In this document: positions 1 to 12,664 of the stretch, in pieces
Layout: each line of letters begins with the position of its first letter
How positions within the stretch are numbered: position 1 is the first letter of the stretch
Source: Octopus vulgaris
Taxonomy: Eukaryota
Reading direction: 5' to 3'
DNA length: 64,000 nucleotides
NCBI GenBank assembly: GCA_951406725.2
Contig: OX597834.1
Location: forward strand, 23,002,001 to 23,066,000
Made by a program: the position numbers and the translations under genes
The notes under the pieces: model-generated
Databases searched by the model: none
What the model saw: the letters and a program-made list of their open reading frames with translations, nothing else
Told to the model about the DNA's origin: nothing

Positions 1-249
1 TAGGAAATAAATTGCATGAAAAAACAAGTATACTCTCTTCATTTTCCACTTCTGCCTAGAGCTGATCAACTGAAAATTAAAAAACAAAAAGCATACTCGT
101 GATTCTCTCGAACGCTCACTCATCCATTTACTCTCTCTGCCATTATAAGGCAGCCCCCCTCACACAAACCACGTATAAATAATACTTGCATGGGACATTA
201 TTTTATTCCTGTGGGATTGGAACTTCGAAGTACATTGATAAATGCATGC

Positions 250-498
250 CACCTGACTGGTCCCGTGCTGGTGACATGTAAAAAGCACCACTGAAGTGTG
301 GCCGGGACAGTACCGCCTGACTGGCCCTCATGCTGGTGGTACGTAAAAAGCACTCACTACACTCTCGGAGTGGTTGGCATTATGAAGGGCATCCAGCTGT
401 AGAAACATTGTCAGATTGGATTGGAGCCCAGTGCAGCTCTCAGTCAAAACCGTCCAACCCATGCCAGCTTGGAAAGCAGACGTTAAACAACGATGATC
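250..498 (+). mobile_element. RTE-associated SINE-like repeat (GGTTGGCATTAGGAAGGGCATCCAGCTGTAGAAAC core, GAT tail)
   Basis: Same core and CCAACCCATGCCAGC...TTAAAC(GAT)n end recur at ~4485-4582, 22159-22295, 24640-25003, 28245-28440, 40818-40962, 43411-43660, 44985-45080, 51660-51850, 56268-56400, 63862-63950. Confidence 0.7.
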
Positions 499-539
499 AC
501 AATCAATGTCTACAAGAGAAAAACGAAGTTTAAGAACAG

Positions 540-1915
540 TACTGGAGTATGCTAGCCTCCTTCCTCTCTAACCTTTGCATGTCCTCTGCATTCAGGGCCC
601 ACATTTCACTGCCTTGTAGAATTGCTGTCTATATACATGCCTCAGACAAGCTTCCTTTCACTCAGACAGAGAAACCTTTTATTGCAAACAAAGGTAACAG
701 CCCTCTGAATTTTCTCTATCCTATTCTTATTCTAGCTATCATGTTCTCTGTGCATCCTCCCACACTACTAATATGGTCCCCTCGGTAGTAGAAATTATCT
801 CCTACCTCTAATGAGTCATTAGGGCATTTGAGAGAATCAATTTCCTGAGTCTCTACGCTTTTATGGATCCTGTGCATCTTCCACGTACACAAACTATCTT
901 CTCTGATAACCTTCCTATTAATATACTGCACCTCTTGTGTCCATAGCTTACACTGGGTACACTCTACGGAGTTCCTACCTACACTTTTCCTACAAATCGA
1001 ACATGGCCTCCTAACTAAGGTGGATAGAGTCCTGTCAGTTTTCTTACTTACCAAGACCTTAGTCTTTGCTAAGTTAACCTAAAGGCCCTAAGATTAGAAG
1101 TTTTGCTTCCACACCTGGAATTTCTCATGTAGCTCTGATACAGAATCCACTATGAGGGCAGGATCATCAGTATATGGCAATCCCAAGAAGCTTTTGGTCT
1201 TGAATTCTTCTGTTATGGCCTGGAGGACAATGATGAAAAGGAGGGGACTAAGGATTAGGCCTTGATGAACCCCTACCTCTACACCAGATTCTTCACTGTA
1301 CTCGTGGTTAACTCTCACACTACTGACAGTGTCTTTGTACATGGCCTATACAACTTTCACCAGCCACTCTTCTATCCTTAGCCTCCTCAGTGACCACCAT
1401 ATCACACAGTGGGCACTCTATCGAAGGCTTTCTCTTGATCAACAAATGCGAAGTATAATGGTTTATTCTTAGCTAAGTATTTCTTTTGCCATTGCCGGAA
1501 TATAAAAATAGTGCTTCTTCCCTGGACATAGTCAAACCTCATTTCAGCTAGCCTAATTCTTCTCCTAATTACATGAGAGAGACTCCCTTTATCCCATTCA
1601 TTCTCTACACTCAACAGTCTTGCATAGAAACTTTTCTACACCTCTTTCTTGTCCACATCACTAAGTGCAAGCATACCATTATCCATCTGCACACACTTAT
1701 CTCCCACAACATCTCGATCCTCACTGACACAGTCTAACAATCAGGAACACTTCAAGTCTGATCTTGGCAAACCTATTCTTTTCAGCTTCTATCCTAGCTA
1801 GATACACTTGACGTCTAGCCTCACTTTTAGCCTTCTGACATGAATCTTTGCTGCCACCCACACTTTTCCATTCTTTCCAGATCCATCTCTTCTATTCTTT
1901 ATGGCATTGTCAACA
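540..1915 (-). mobile_element. Decayed RTE-clade LINE ORF2 fragment (RT and C-terminus)
   Basis: Frameshifted pieces LYFAFVDQEKAFDRVP, GVHQGLILSPLLF, YTDD, CSICRKSVGRNSVECTQCKLW; homologous to 26495-27746. Confidence 0.85.
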
Positions 1916-2539
1916 AAACATTAAACAAAAGTGTGCTCAACACAAATATATTAACAAGTGAGAAAACAAATACGAAATCACAAATAAAAACAGGCCACAA
2001 TGTAAAAAGTTGATGCTTACTTATTTGTAGGAGTTTGACATAACATTTCCGTTGCTTGTTTCTAATATATCATAGTAGCTTGTATCTTTATCCATGAGGA
2101 ATCTACAACTGTCTCATAGAGATTACAGGATTTGCTGTTTCTAAATACAAATAAAATATATTAGACTGGATCAGCTTACCTCTTTAAACGGAAGTTTTTG
2201 GGAAGTTTTATCAGCAGCTTTAATACCTAGTTTGCTTATTTTCATTGGACATCAGTTTTGTTCGTTGTAATTATCAGCTGGACTATCGATAATTATCATT
2301 GATCTTTGACTATCAACATTAATATCATTTTCAATTAGCAATGTTGGACAAAAGTAGTCAAGTTTATTTCTTAGAAATAAAGGTAAATGATGGCTAAACA
2401 ATGTGTTACAGTGACCTTAAGAAATACACTTTCTCTTTGCGTTGATATTAAGATATGGGGGAATAGCGATAACTGAAAAGGAGTGTGGAAAGGAAAGCAG
2501 TGGAAGTATCTTTCTGTATTAAAACAACAATAAGTAATG

Positions 2540-2890
2540 TCAGCTAAAGCAAGTTTTTCAACTCACTTCTATTACGTATGTGACAGCCGTCCAGTATGGG
2601 GATTAAGACAACATTGTTACTTTAGGAAAATTTCTTCACTTTCTTTCCTCTTTCTTTGAACACATCAAAACAAACAGGTGCAGTAGGAAAATGACAGAAT
2701 TTATACAATGTAGGTGTTGTTTCTATTAATAATACTTACATATTAATACAGAGCCAATGACGAAGATGTCACAACTCAGACTGGACAGCACATTTACATT
2801 TTACAATAAACCTTCCTTTACATTTCCACACCAACATAATAAAGATTGCTGTAGCTGTTTCTTTCTGCCGTTAATTAGCAATCATCTATT
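2540..2890 (-). promoter_or_regulatory. ZNF exon-1/donor module of an off-window minus-strand ZNF gene
   Basis: ACTTACATATTAATACAGAGCCAATGACGAAGATGTCAC core; donor GTAAGT at 2739-2734; 1925-3090 is a direct duplicate of ~7990-9330. Confidence 0.65.
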
Positions 2891-3090
2891 AATTGTGGAT
2901 TTGTATGAAGGACACACACGCAGACATTTTGCCATTTATATATAGAGAGATAACACTGACCACTGTGAGGAAGGTACCTGTTATTTCTTTACACCGCTTA
3001 AATAATTAGTACCATCCTTGCATTGGTGTGTTGTAATTATGTTCATTTGATGTAAAAACAATCATAGTAATTAAGACGATCTTCAAATTT

Positions 3091-3212
3091 GTGTATATAT
3101 ATATATATGTATGTATATATATATATGTATATGTATATATATATATGTATATGTATATATATATGTATATATATATGTGTGTGTGTATGTATATATATAT
3201 ATATATATATAC
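3091..3212. repeat. (TA)n/(TATG)n microsatellite
   Basis: Visible dinucleotide/tetranucleotide run. Confidence 0.95.
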
Positions 3213-4129
3213 ACAGATCGCCTGGGACTCATTAGGAAATAGAAATAATGTAAAGGGAAATATAAAAAAGACTGGGTTAGGACAAGGAAGCAGGATGAAT
3301 ATGTAAATATTGAAAAATCACTTTAAATAATCTGTTTAATAACCCATGAGTGTTTTATTTGTTTTTATTAAAACACTTTACATTTCAATCTCAATACTTT
3401 ATTTAAACTTCAATGACAAATTTACTATAAAGTAACAAGGAAAAGCCAACAAATAAAATTATCCTAGTGCTATACTTCTGTGAACCATTAGGAATTAGCT
3501 TCCGTTAAAAGCTTAGGCACACAGTACTTATACAAATATGTCTCCTCGCTGACTTTGTTTCCTCATATCATTCAGAAGAATGGTTATTTTTCAATGAAAT
3601 TTTCTACAGATACCTTTCAGATAGTGTGGGTTACAATTATATTGCAATTTAATGCGAGGAAAATACCCCCAACTGTTGGGCATACACATTTCTACCAACT
3701 TACATGACTTCTAAGTAGATAGATAAATAGATATGAAACTTGTAATTTAAAAAACTTTGTGACATTTATATATGGATGTGTGTGTGCCCACCAGTTTTCT
3801 TTCTTTTTTTTTTGCGTACATGCCAAAATAATCATATTCGGATAAGTTTTTGTAGAAGATTTAATTAAAAGACATTTTCCTGATAATCACGAGGAAACAA
3901 AGTCGGCAGAAGGCACACAGGTAGAGACACATCACAATTTTGAAAGGAAGGATGCAAAAAAAAGATTTTTTTCCTTCTTTTGTCAAAATATTTTAATTCA
4001 GAACTGGCATTTTTCAACTCATAGAATCCAAATATGACATCCACTCATTAGATTCACATCGTTTTTAAGATACAGGATCCTTAGAATTTCATTGTTTTTT
4101 TTCAACAAAATCGCTTTTGAGGAATGAGG

Positions 4130-4771
4130 CTTAATATGCTTGTGTCCAGGTAAGCTAGAACTCTTGGAGAATAGTTTACAGCAAATATCATAGTGATATG
4201 GTTTCTATCCTGTATAAATACGTTTGTGTTAAGTTACACTATCAGCTCCATGAAATGATTTTTCCCAGATATCGGTGATTTGGCTTCACACTAATGGGTG
4301 CATATGTGAGTAATGAAGCCTCAACTTGGAGAAAATGATCCACAAGAGATATCACACTGATATGATTTTTATCTTTTGTGAAAGAGTTTGTATGTAGGTA
4401 AGAGATAATTTAATGACAACATTTCACCAGACATTGCAGTAATATCGTTTTGCTCCAGTAAGAAAACTTTTGAGCCTACATAAGCTTCATGCAGTCCTCT
4501 GATTTATGAGTTCCGTTCAAATTGTCCAACCTATGCCAGCCTGGAAGGTGGATGTTAAGCAATGATGATGGTGATGATGATGGAAGAGTTTGTGTGCAAT
4601 TAACTTACTCCTGTATGAACGTGTTTATGACAGTTGAGTGACAGTTTTGAGAAAATAATTTTCCACAGGTATCACACAGATTTAGCTTGCATCCATTATG
4701 AATGCGTTTGTGACTAGTTAAGGGACTTTCATGCCGGAGAGAATGATTTACCACAGACACAGTGATGTGGT
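4130..4771 (-). pseudogene. Degenerate out-of-frame C2H2 finger repeats downstream of ZNF-A, interrupted by a SINE
   Basis: Residual TGTGATATC, CACAAACG(C/T)ATT and AAACCATATCAC motifs with indels and stops. Confidence 0.75.
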
Positions 4772-5872
4772 TTATCTCTTGTGTGATTGTTTGTGAGTAA
4801 TCAAGTTGCTTTGCTGAACAAATGATTTACCACAGATATCACAGTGATATGGCTTCTTTCCCGTATGAGTGCGTATGTGAATTGTTAAGTTAACATTTTG
4901 AGGAAATGGTTTACCACAGATTTCACACAGATAAGGTTTTTCTCCTGTATGAATTTGTTTGTGTGTACTTAAGTGATGATTTGCAGAGAAGGATTTACCA
5001 CAGACATCACAGTGAAATGGCTTCTGTCCTGTATGAAAGCGTCTGTGTCTAGTGAGGTAACCTTTTTGAGAGAATGATTTATCACAGATATCACAGTGAT
5101 GTGGCTTCTCTCCTGTGTGATAGAGTTTGTGTGCAACTAAGTGATGCTTCAGAGAGAATGATTTACTACAGATATCACAATGAAATGGTTTCTCTCCTCT
5201 ATGAATATGCTTGTGCTCCGTTAACTCGCCATGTCCAGAAAATAGTTTACCACAAATATCACAATTATAGATTTTATCTCTTGTATGAATGTGTTTGTGA
5301 GTAATTAGGTTGCCATTTTGAGAAAATGATTCACCACAAATTTCACAGTGATATGGCTTTTCTCCCGTATGAGTACGTATGTGGGTAGTTAAGTTACCAC
5401 TTTGAGAAAATGACTTGCCACAAATAACACAGTGAAATGGTTTTTCTCCAGTGTGAATTTGCTTGTGTGTAGCCAAGAGATTATTTAGAGAGAATGATTT
5501 ACCACAGACATCACACTGATATGGTCTCTCTCCTGTGTGAAAGCGTGTATGTCTAGCTAAGTTACCTTTCTGAGAGAATGATTTACCACAGATTTCACAG
5601 TGAAATGGTTTCTCTCCAGTATGAAAAAGTTTGTGTGTAGTTAAGTGATGTTTTAGAGAAAATGATTTACTACAGATATCACACTGATATGGTTTCTCTC
5701 CAGTATGAATGCGTTTGTGAGTAGTTAAGTTACATTTTTGAGAGAATGATTTCTTGCATATATCACACTGATAGAATGTCTTTCCTTTCTCTTCCTTTAT
5801 ATCCTCAGGGAAATCGATAATTTGAGACTCTGCTTCACATTTAATCTTTTTCTCATACAATTCGTCTTCCAT
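4772..5872 (-). CDS. C2H2 zinc-finger protein A (12 tandem fingers, short acidic leader, no KRAB/ZAD/BTB)
   Basis: ORF 4772-5890; first ATG 5872 (MEDEL); CxxC-F-L-HxxxH with TGEKP linkers; predicted acceptor AG 6244-6243, donor 8762. Confidence 0.92.
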   Translation of the reverse strand: MEDELYEKKIKCEAESQIIDFPEDIKEEKGKTFYQCDICKKSFSQKCNLTTHKRIHTGEKPYQCDICSKSFSLKHHLTTHKLFHTGEKPFHCEICGKSFSQKGNLARHTRFHTGERPYQCDVCGKSFSLNNLLATHKQIHTGEKPFHCVICGKSFSQSGNLTTHIRTHTGEKPYHCEICGESFSQNGNLITHKHIHTRDKIYNCDICGKLFSGHGELTEHKHIHRGEKPFHCDICSKSFSLKHHLVAHKLYHTGEKPHHCDICDKSFSQKGYLTRHRRFHTGQKPFHCDVCGKSFSANHHLSTHKQIHTGEKPYLCEICGKPFPQNVNLTIHIRTHTGKKPYHCDICGKSFVQQSNLITHKQSHKR

Positions 5873-7079
5873 TCTTGTTTCTCTCGCCACAATAAATATA
5901 AAAGTTCTTCCTCACTTTATTTATATATTTTATTCCTATTTCTTTGGCTATATTTCTATCAACTGTGATTTTTGTCAATAATCGAAGATGCTGCAAATTC
6001 CTTTGTAATTCAGCTTCAATTTCAATATCAGATCATTATAATACAAATTCCAGTCTGTGAATTTGAGAGCATTTTGTATAAAAATTCCGTTCAGAGCCAA
6101 TATTCCACAGTAATTCTACCATAGATTTATATGATGAGGGTTCATATTTGTTGTGTATGACATCTTTTTGTTTTTAAAAGTTGATAAATATTGATGGATC
6201 TCAGGTAAATAATATTATTTTATGCCAATGTCATCTGATATTCTGAAATAAAAGAGAACCAAATATAAATATCGAGGATACTTAAATGAAAGACATTCCA
6301 CAGTGGACATTTTAGAACATTTCTTCTATAGTGAGAAATTGTAGATAGAAACCTTTACCAGGTCAATGGACCTCATCCACCTGTTCTTTTTGTTTTTCTT
6401 TTCTGCTGACAAAACATGCATCAATATCTTTGAGCTGGTGGAAATGCCAACTCTTTATATTTTACCAAATTTCAACGTCTCCTGTCGTTCAACACAACAG
6501 TAAAACTGCTCTGTTAGAAACTGAGTGAGAACTTGATAGCAACTTCTCATCTGAGACAAATATACAGCTTACTATATACGAGCACAAGGAGTGTATGATG
6601 TGTTTGTATCAATGCATGCTTCTTTACGTGTAAATGTGTATAATATCATCATCATCATTGATGGGTGTGGGTTAATGGATGCTTCTGTACATATATCATC
6701 ATTATTATCATCACTTAACAGCTCTCTTTCATAGAAGCATGGTTTGGATGTCTTGACAGGAATTAGTGAATCAAACAAGAACACCAAGATACACATACAG
6801 GTGTGTGTGTGTGGAATGCATCACACAATACGTAAAGAATACCCAATCCCAAAACTAACCTTAACAGAACTATAAATAAATTCCCACCAAGGCTGTCATT
6901 CTCTTCCATTTTTATCCCTCAATCTACCCGTTCATTCATGTCTTTTTCACCAAAAAATTAAAGATGTCATTTGTCACAGTTACACCTTTTCTCTGGCTGA
7001 AAGGAGTATGGTTTAATAAAGGTGTGTGTACATATATATGCAAAGAGATATGCAGACTTATACACACATGCATATAGCA

Positions 7080-7800
7080 GTGAACAGGTCATTGTTTATC
7101 ATTAGTGTGTCCCTATCTCTTCATTGAATATAAAAGTACAGACAATCAAGCCCATTTTTCAGACTATAAACCCAGGGGCCATCTATGCATGCCCCATAGT
7201 TCTTCTTATTTATAAGTTCTGCATCAGAATCCTCTGAGTTCGGAAGTTGATCACCAGTCAACAATCAACCATGGTTATATTTACGATGGCCAGCAAACCG
7301 ACCTTAGACAACCTGTATAGAATTTTCCTGTGTGCCAATCATTTGACCCCTTGTCTGGTGTGACATTATCATCCTACAAACTTCATGACACATATTAAAC
7401 CAGTCTGTAATAGTATCGGGCGACTTTCCAGTAAAGTTTACTGTGGTACTCCTCAGGATTTTGTGAATAAAATAGAACACTAATTCTAAAATTTCACACA
7501 CACTCAATCTGCTATTAATCTTCTCATTTAAATTGGATTAGTGGAAAAACTGATTTCCTTCCAGACCTGAGCGATATGCTTGGCACCTTTTTTTCGGACA
7601 TCCCAATATTGGCCGGAATTCTCCTGTTCTATCCATCTTTCTTTTTTCTTCCATTCGTGTTCTGCATTTATGATAAAGAGGTACATTTTCTACCGGGTCA
7701 ATAAGACTGTGCTCTCTCAAAAAGAACACTGCTTCATCTTCACTTCAAATTATTTTGTAAAAGTCTCTGGCTAGCATGGTGCTAGTGTGAACAACTAAAT
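7080..7800 (-). mobile_element. Merlin/IS1016-like (ISXO2-type) DDE transposase fragment in predicted ZNF-A intron
   Basis: TITDWFNMCHEVC...QMIGTQENSIQVV*GRFAGHRKYNHG resembles the Merlin IGG...VQIDE...RKYNRGR motif; frameshifted. Confidence 0.65.
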
Positions 7801-8569
7801 GGGATGGAATTAAGTGCTGAAGGTCGTAAGTGGGTTGTTTGGTAAAGTGCCTTACGGTAGGCACAAAAAGCAAGGTGGATATCATACTATAGTAACACCG
7901 ATTTTTCTTTGCTGTGTCAGAGTATACAGAGGAGAATGAAGATAATCGTGTTGAATACCCAAGTTGCTAAAACATCGAAATCAACGTAACACAAACTAAA
8001 TATAATATTAACGGATGAGAAAACTAATACGAAATCACAAATAAAAACAAGAATCAAAGTAAAAAGTTGATGTTTAGTCATTTGTTAGTGTTTGACATAA
8101 CATTTCTGTTGCTTGTTTCTCATATATCATAGTAGATTGTGTATTTATCCATGAGGAATCTACAACTGTCTCATAGAGATTACAAGATTTGCTGTTTGTG
8201 AATAAAGCACAAAAATATATTTAGCTCTTTAATGAAAGTTTTGGAAAAGTTTTATTGACACTTTTAATACGTCCGTTTTTTTTCTTCTTTCATTTTAATT
8301 GGGAATCAATTTTATCCGCTGTTATTATTAGCTAGACTGTCGATAATTATCATCGATTTTTGAGAGTCAACATCAAAATCACTTTAAATTTGAGATGTTG
8401 AATAAAAGTTGTCAAGTTTATTTCTTAAGAATAAAGGTAAATGGTGACTAAACAGTGTATAGAAGTGACCTAAAAAATACAAACTTTCTCTTTCTAATTA
8501 ATATTAAGATATGGGGGAATAACGATAATTGGAATGCAGAGTGGAAAGGAAAACTGTAAGTATTAAGAC

Positions 8570-8935
8570 AACAATAAGTAATGTCAGCTAAAGCAAGTTT
8601 TTCAACTCACTTCTATTATGTATGGGGATTAAGACATTGTTACTTTAGGAAAATTTCTTCACTTTCTTTCCTCTTTCTTTGAAAACATCAAAACAAACAG
8701 GTGCAGTAGGAAAATGACAGAATTTATACAATGTAGGAGTTGTTTCTATTAATAATACTTACATATTAATACAGAGCCAATGACGGAGATGTCACAATAT
8801 ATTCAAGTTGTTGCAACTCAGACTGGACAGCACATTTACATTTTACAATAAATCTTCCTTTATATTTCCACACCAACATAATAAAGATTACTGTAGCTGT
8901 TTCTTTCCGCAGTTAATTAGCAATCATCCAGTAAT
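8570..8935 (-). promoter_or_regulatory. ZNF-A putative non-coding exon 1 and conserved 5' intron
   Basis: Conserved module; donor GTAAGT at 8762-8757. Confidence 0.65.
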
Positions 8936-9559
8936 TAACCTCTATATTTAATTAATTTGTTTAGTTGGCAGAATCGTTGAGCAGCGAAGAAAATTCTCCG
9001 CAATATTACTTCCGTCTCTTCAAATCCAAACAACATCAGTTTTGTCTTTCTTCCTTTCTGAGTAAGTACCGGATACATTTCAAGAAAGTGTTTTTTTTTT
9101 TATATATGGAGGGTTAGGTTTAAGCTGGAGTCGATATGATCCAACAATGACCTTCCCTAATATTTCAGGTTTGAGTTATTATGAGGAATAATAACACTGA
9201 CCACCGTGAGGAAGGTACCTGTTATTTCTTTACACCGCTTAAATAATTAGTACCATCCTTGCATTGGTATGCTTATAATTATTTCCATTTGACGTAAAAA
9301 CGATTATGGTAATTAAAACGATGTTCAGTTTTAGATAGATCGACCGTAAGATCGCCAATAGATCATATACATACATACACACGGACACATACATACAAAC
9401 GTACGTACGTACGTACATACATGCATGCATGCATACAGACAGACAAAAAGGGATTAAAATATCCAGGCAGATATCAATAAATCACCCATTTTTAAACGAA
9501 TTTGGTAAATTATATCCAACAAATGGACACTAATAAATGCAAGTAGAATACACATCCAA

Positions 9560-11520
9560 GGTAATTCCTTTGGTTTTAGCTAGATTGACTCTAAGGCCCT
9601 TCGATTCTAATCCTTACTTCCACACCTGAAACTTCTCCTCTAGTTCTGATAATAACTCAGAAATTAGAGCAAGGTCATTATTCGAGAGAAGCTCCCAGGG
9701 GCATTCTGTATTGAATACCTCTGTTATTGCCTTGAGAACTATGATAAATAGCAGGGGGCTGAGGACTGAACCTTATTGGACCCCTACCCCCACCCGGAAT
9801 TCTTCACTGTACTCGTTGCCAACTCTCACCTTACTGACAGTGTCCCTGTACATGACTTGCACAGCTCTCACTAACCATTCATCTATCCCTAGTTTCCTCA
9901 TTGATAAGGGATCAGGGGACTCTATCAAAGGCTTTCTCCATGTCAATGAAAGCCAGGTACAGAGGTTTATCTTTGGCTAGGTATTTCTCCTGCAGCTGTC
10001 TTACCAAAAATATAGCATCTCATCTAAACTGACTCTCTCACTAATTAGTTGGGCTATGACTCTCTCCATGACCTTCATTACCTGATCCAATAACTTAATA
10101 CCTCTGTAATTATTTGTATCTAAAGCATCACTTTTACCTTTGCAGCAGTTGAATAGTGCTGCTACACCAGTCACTGGGTATGACTCCTTCATGGTTAACT
10201 ATACGGGTGACTAGGCTATAGCCAACACCACCAGATATTTTGAGCATCTCTGCGGTGATTCCTGATGGGCTGGGGGCTTTCCCTGTTTTCATACTCTTAA
10301 TTCAGATAGCTGGTCCCTCTGTTGGGTCGACATTCGGCAGACTCTCTTTCTCCCATTCATTCTCTTTATTGAGCAACCTTTCATAGTGGAGTCTCCAGAC
10401 CTCTCTTTTTGCAGTCTCGTTTAGTGCAAGAGAACCATCATCCATGCAGACACATTTCTCTCCTACGCCACAATTCTCTTTCACACACTGTCTTACAACA
10501 CAAAATGCTTCAAGTCTTTGGTCCTCACGGCACAGAACATTAACAAATTTTTTCTTATCTGCTTCCCCTCTGGCTAAATAAACTTGTCTCCTAGCTTCCC
10601 TTCTGGCGGTCTGATACAATTCCCTACAACCACCGTTCTTCCAAACCTGCTTCTTTTCTCTAATAGCCCTGTGAACAACATCGTTTCACCACCACATTAT
10701 TTTGGGTCAAGAGGGAACTTTGCACCATCCACAGATATGGTCAGTGGCCCTCAGCAGATTGTCCCGTAGAAATCTCCAGTTGTCTTCCACATCATGTGAA
10801 GCTATATCCCCTTCTATTTTGTCAAAGGTTTTGAGTAATATGTCTCTAAATCTCTGTCCATTTGCAAGATCTTTAAGCTTCCAGACCCATCTTCTCCATG
10901 CTGGTCGTCTTCTGGGCATCTATTTAGCCCTGATCCTGAAGTCGCTAACTACCAATCTATGTTGTGGGTTACATTCTTCGTCTGAGAAGGCTTTGGCATT
11001 AAAAAGCAGCCATCTTTCCCTTTTTCTGGCAAGGATGTAGACAATTTGGCTAGTGTGTCTGCCAGAACGGTAGGTAGCTAGGTGACTGAAGTTAGTATTG
11101 CAAACTATAACATCATTTCTATCGCAGAACTCCAGCAGCCTGGTTCCCTCCTCATTGCAGGAACCAAAACCGTGGCCTCCATGGAAGACCCTGTATGTTG
11201 TCCAACATGTCCATTGAAGTCACCAGCCACAAAGAGAAGGTTCTTGTCATTCATCAACGAGGTATTCTGCAAGGGTGTGTCATAAAATCAGTCTTTCTGT
11301 CCATCGGATAGCCCTGGTTGATGGGTATAGGCCAAGATAATGGTTGCTAACCCATGATGAAGCACTAATCTAATCTTAGTATTCTGTCACATACTCTACC
11401 TCGATTACCTTATCAACCCATTTCTCCACAAGAAGTATATCCACACCCCCGACTCCGTCAGTGTTCCCTGCCCAGAAAATCTTGTACCTGTGAGGAACCT
11501 AGCAGAACCTCCTCTCCACA
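9560..11520 (-). mobile_element. Decayed RTE-clade LINE (APE endonuclease and RT fragments)
   Basis: NNYRGIKLLDQVMKVMERVI, EWEKESLPNVDPTEGPAI, endonuclease-like GDFNGHVG region; many frameshifts. Confidence 0.88.
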
Positions 11521-11692
11521 GCGAATGTCGATAATAGTAAAATAGACAAGAAAAAATCTTGGGGTTTTCGGTCAGCCAATCTATAACAAAATTAGAGAAA
11601 TAAGTGACTGTGTGATAAACTTGAATAAATGAATATGTAGCGGTTAAGGATATGCGTGAACAAAGGTTATCTTAAGACAACAATGAGGAAGA

Positions 11693-12200
11693 CGATCAAG
11701 TCTGTGAATTCTGTAGTTTATGGTTGTGTCAGGACAAGTTTTGATTAAATGTTCTACATTTAGAATAACAGGAGAATAATTGAAGAGCAAAACCACATTT
11801 ATTTCAATTTCAGGTAATTAAAAATATTTACAAAGAATGATGAGGTCAGAATTCAAGATCCTGGGCCTCACAATTGAGAAAATGCACTGATATCTTGTGT
11901 AACAGACATATCAAACCCATACCAGCATGTACAATGGACATTAAAACACTGATGACATTTTGCATTTATATCAAGTTTAAGGTTACATTCATACTTGCAA
12001 ATAAACATTCAGTTTAACCCTCAAGTCATGAAGGAATCATACTAGAAATAAAAGAAATTATAAAACTGTAGAAATCAAAACCAACATCAGAATTGGTCCC
12101 TTGGTGGGATATATCCATAATAACATTTAAACCAGGATATATGTAAGATACATGAAACAATGTATAGAAGATGCACAATACGTAACATAGGGAGAGAAAT
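11693..12200. repeat. Inverted segmental duplicate of ~22800-23333 (3' flanks of ZNF-B and ZNF-D)
   Basis: CAAGTCTGTGAATTCTGTAGTTTATGGTTGTGTCAGGACAAG is the reverse complement of 23288-23330; similarity continues ~500 bp. Confidence 0.9.
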
Positions 12201-12239
12201 GTTCAGAAGCTAAAGCTATCAGTTATTTTTAATTGACAG

Positions 12240-12450
12240 CTTTAATGACTAGGCAACTTAATTAGCTGTGAGGGTAGGGAGTTCTGAAAGCATAGCAGAC
12301 AGGTTAAGAAGGCAGTGAAAAATGTTCAAAGGGCAACAATTTCGGCTGTTAACAAAGGATTTCTCTATCAGATTGAAGGGCACATTATATAGTGCTTGTC
12401 TAAGATGTGATGCTACATGGTAGCCAGACATGGACCTTGCATGTTGACGG
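12240..12450 (+). mobile_element. RTE LINE C-terminal fragment
   Basis: Translates to LLTKDFSIRLKGTLYSACL...MLHGSQTW. Confidence 0.6.
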
Positions 12451-12664
12451 CCTTTTGGATGAGTAAACTTACATTTTCAGGTTGGTTTCTCCATTAGTAA
12501 GTATTTAGAAAATTATTAGATAAAGAAATTGACAACATAGAGAAAATTCATTTGAGCATCAGAAAAAAACAACACACGTCATATTCTGCTTCAATGTTGA
12601 TAATGAGCTGCTTTTCGTTATGCAGGAATACCTAGATGTTTAGTTGGGTAGTTTTTTTGAGAAG

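Noticed and set aside
3091-3306. Short ORFs rich in YI/YM/CV (also 9239-9430, 48541-48825)
   Set aside because: Translations of microsatellites.
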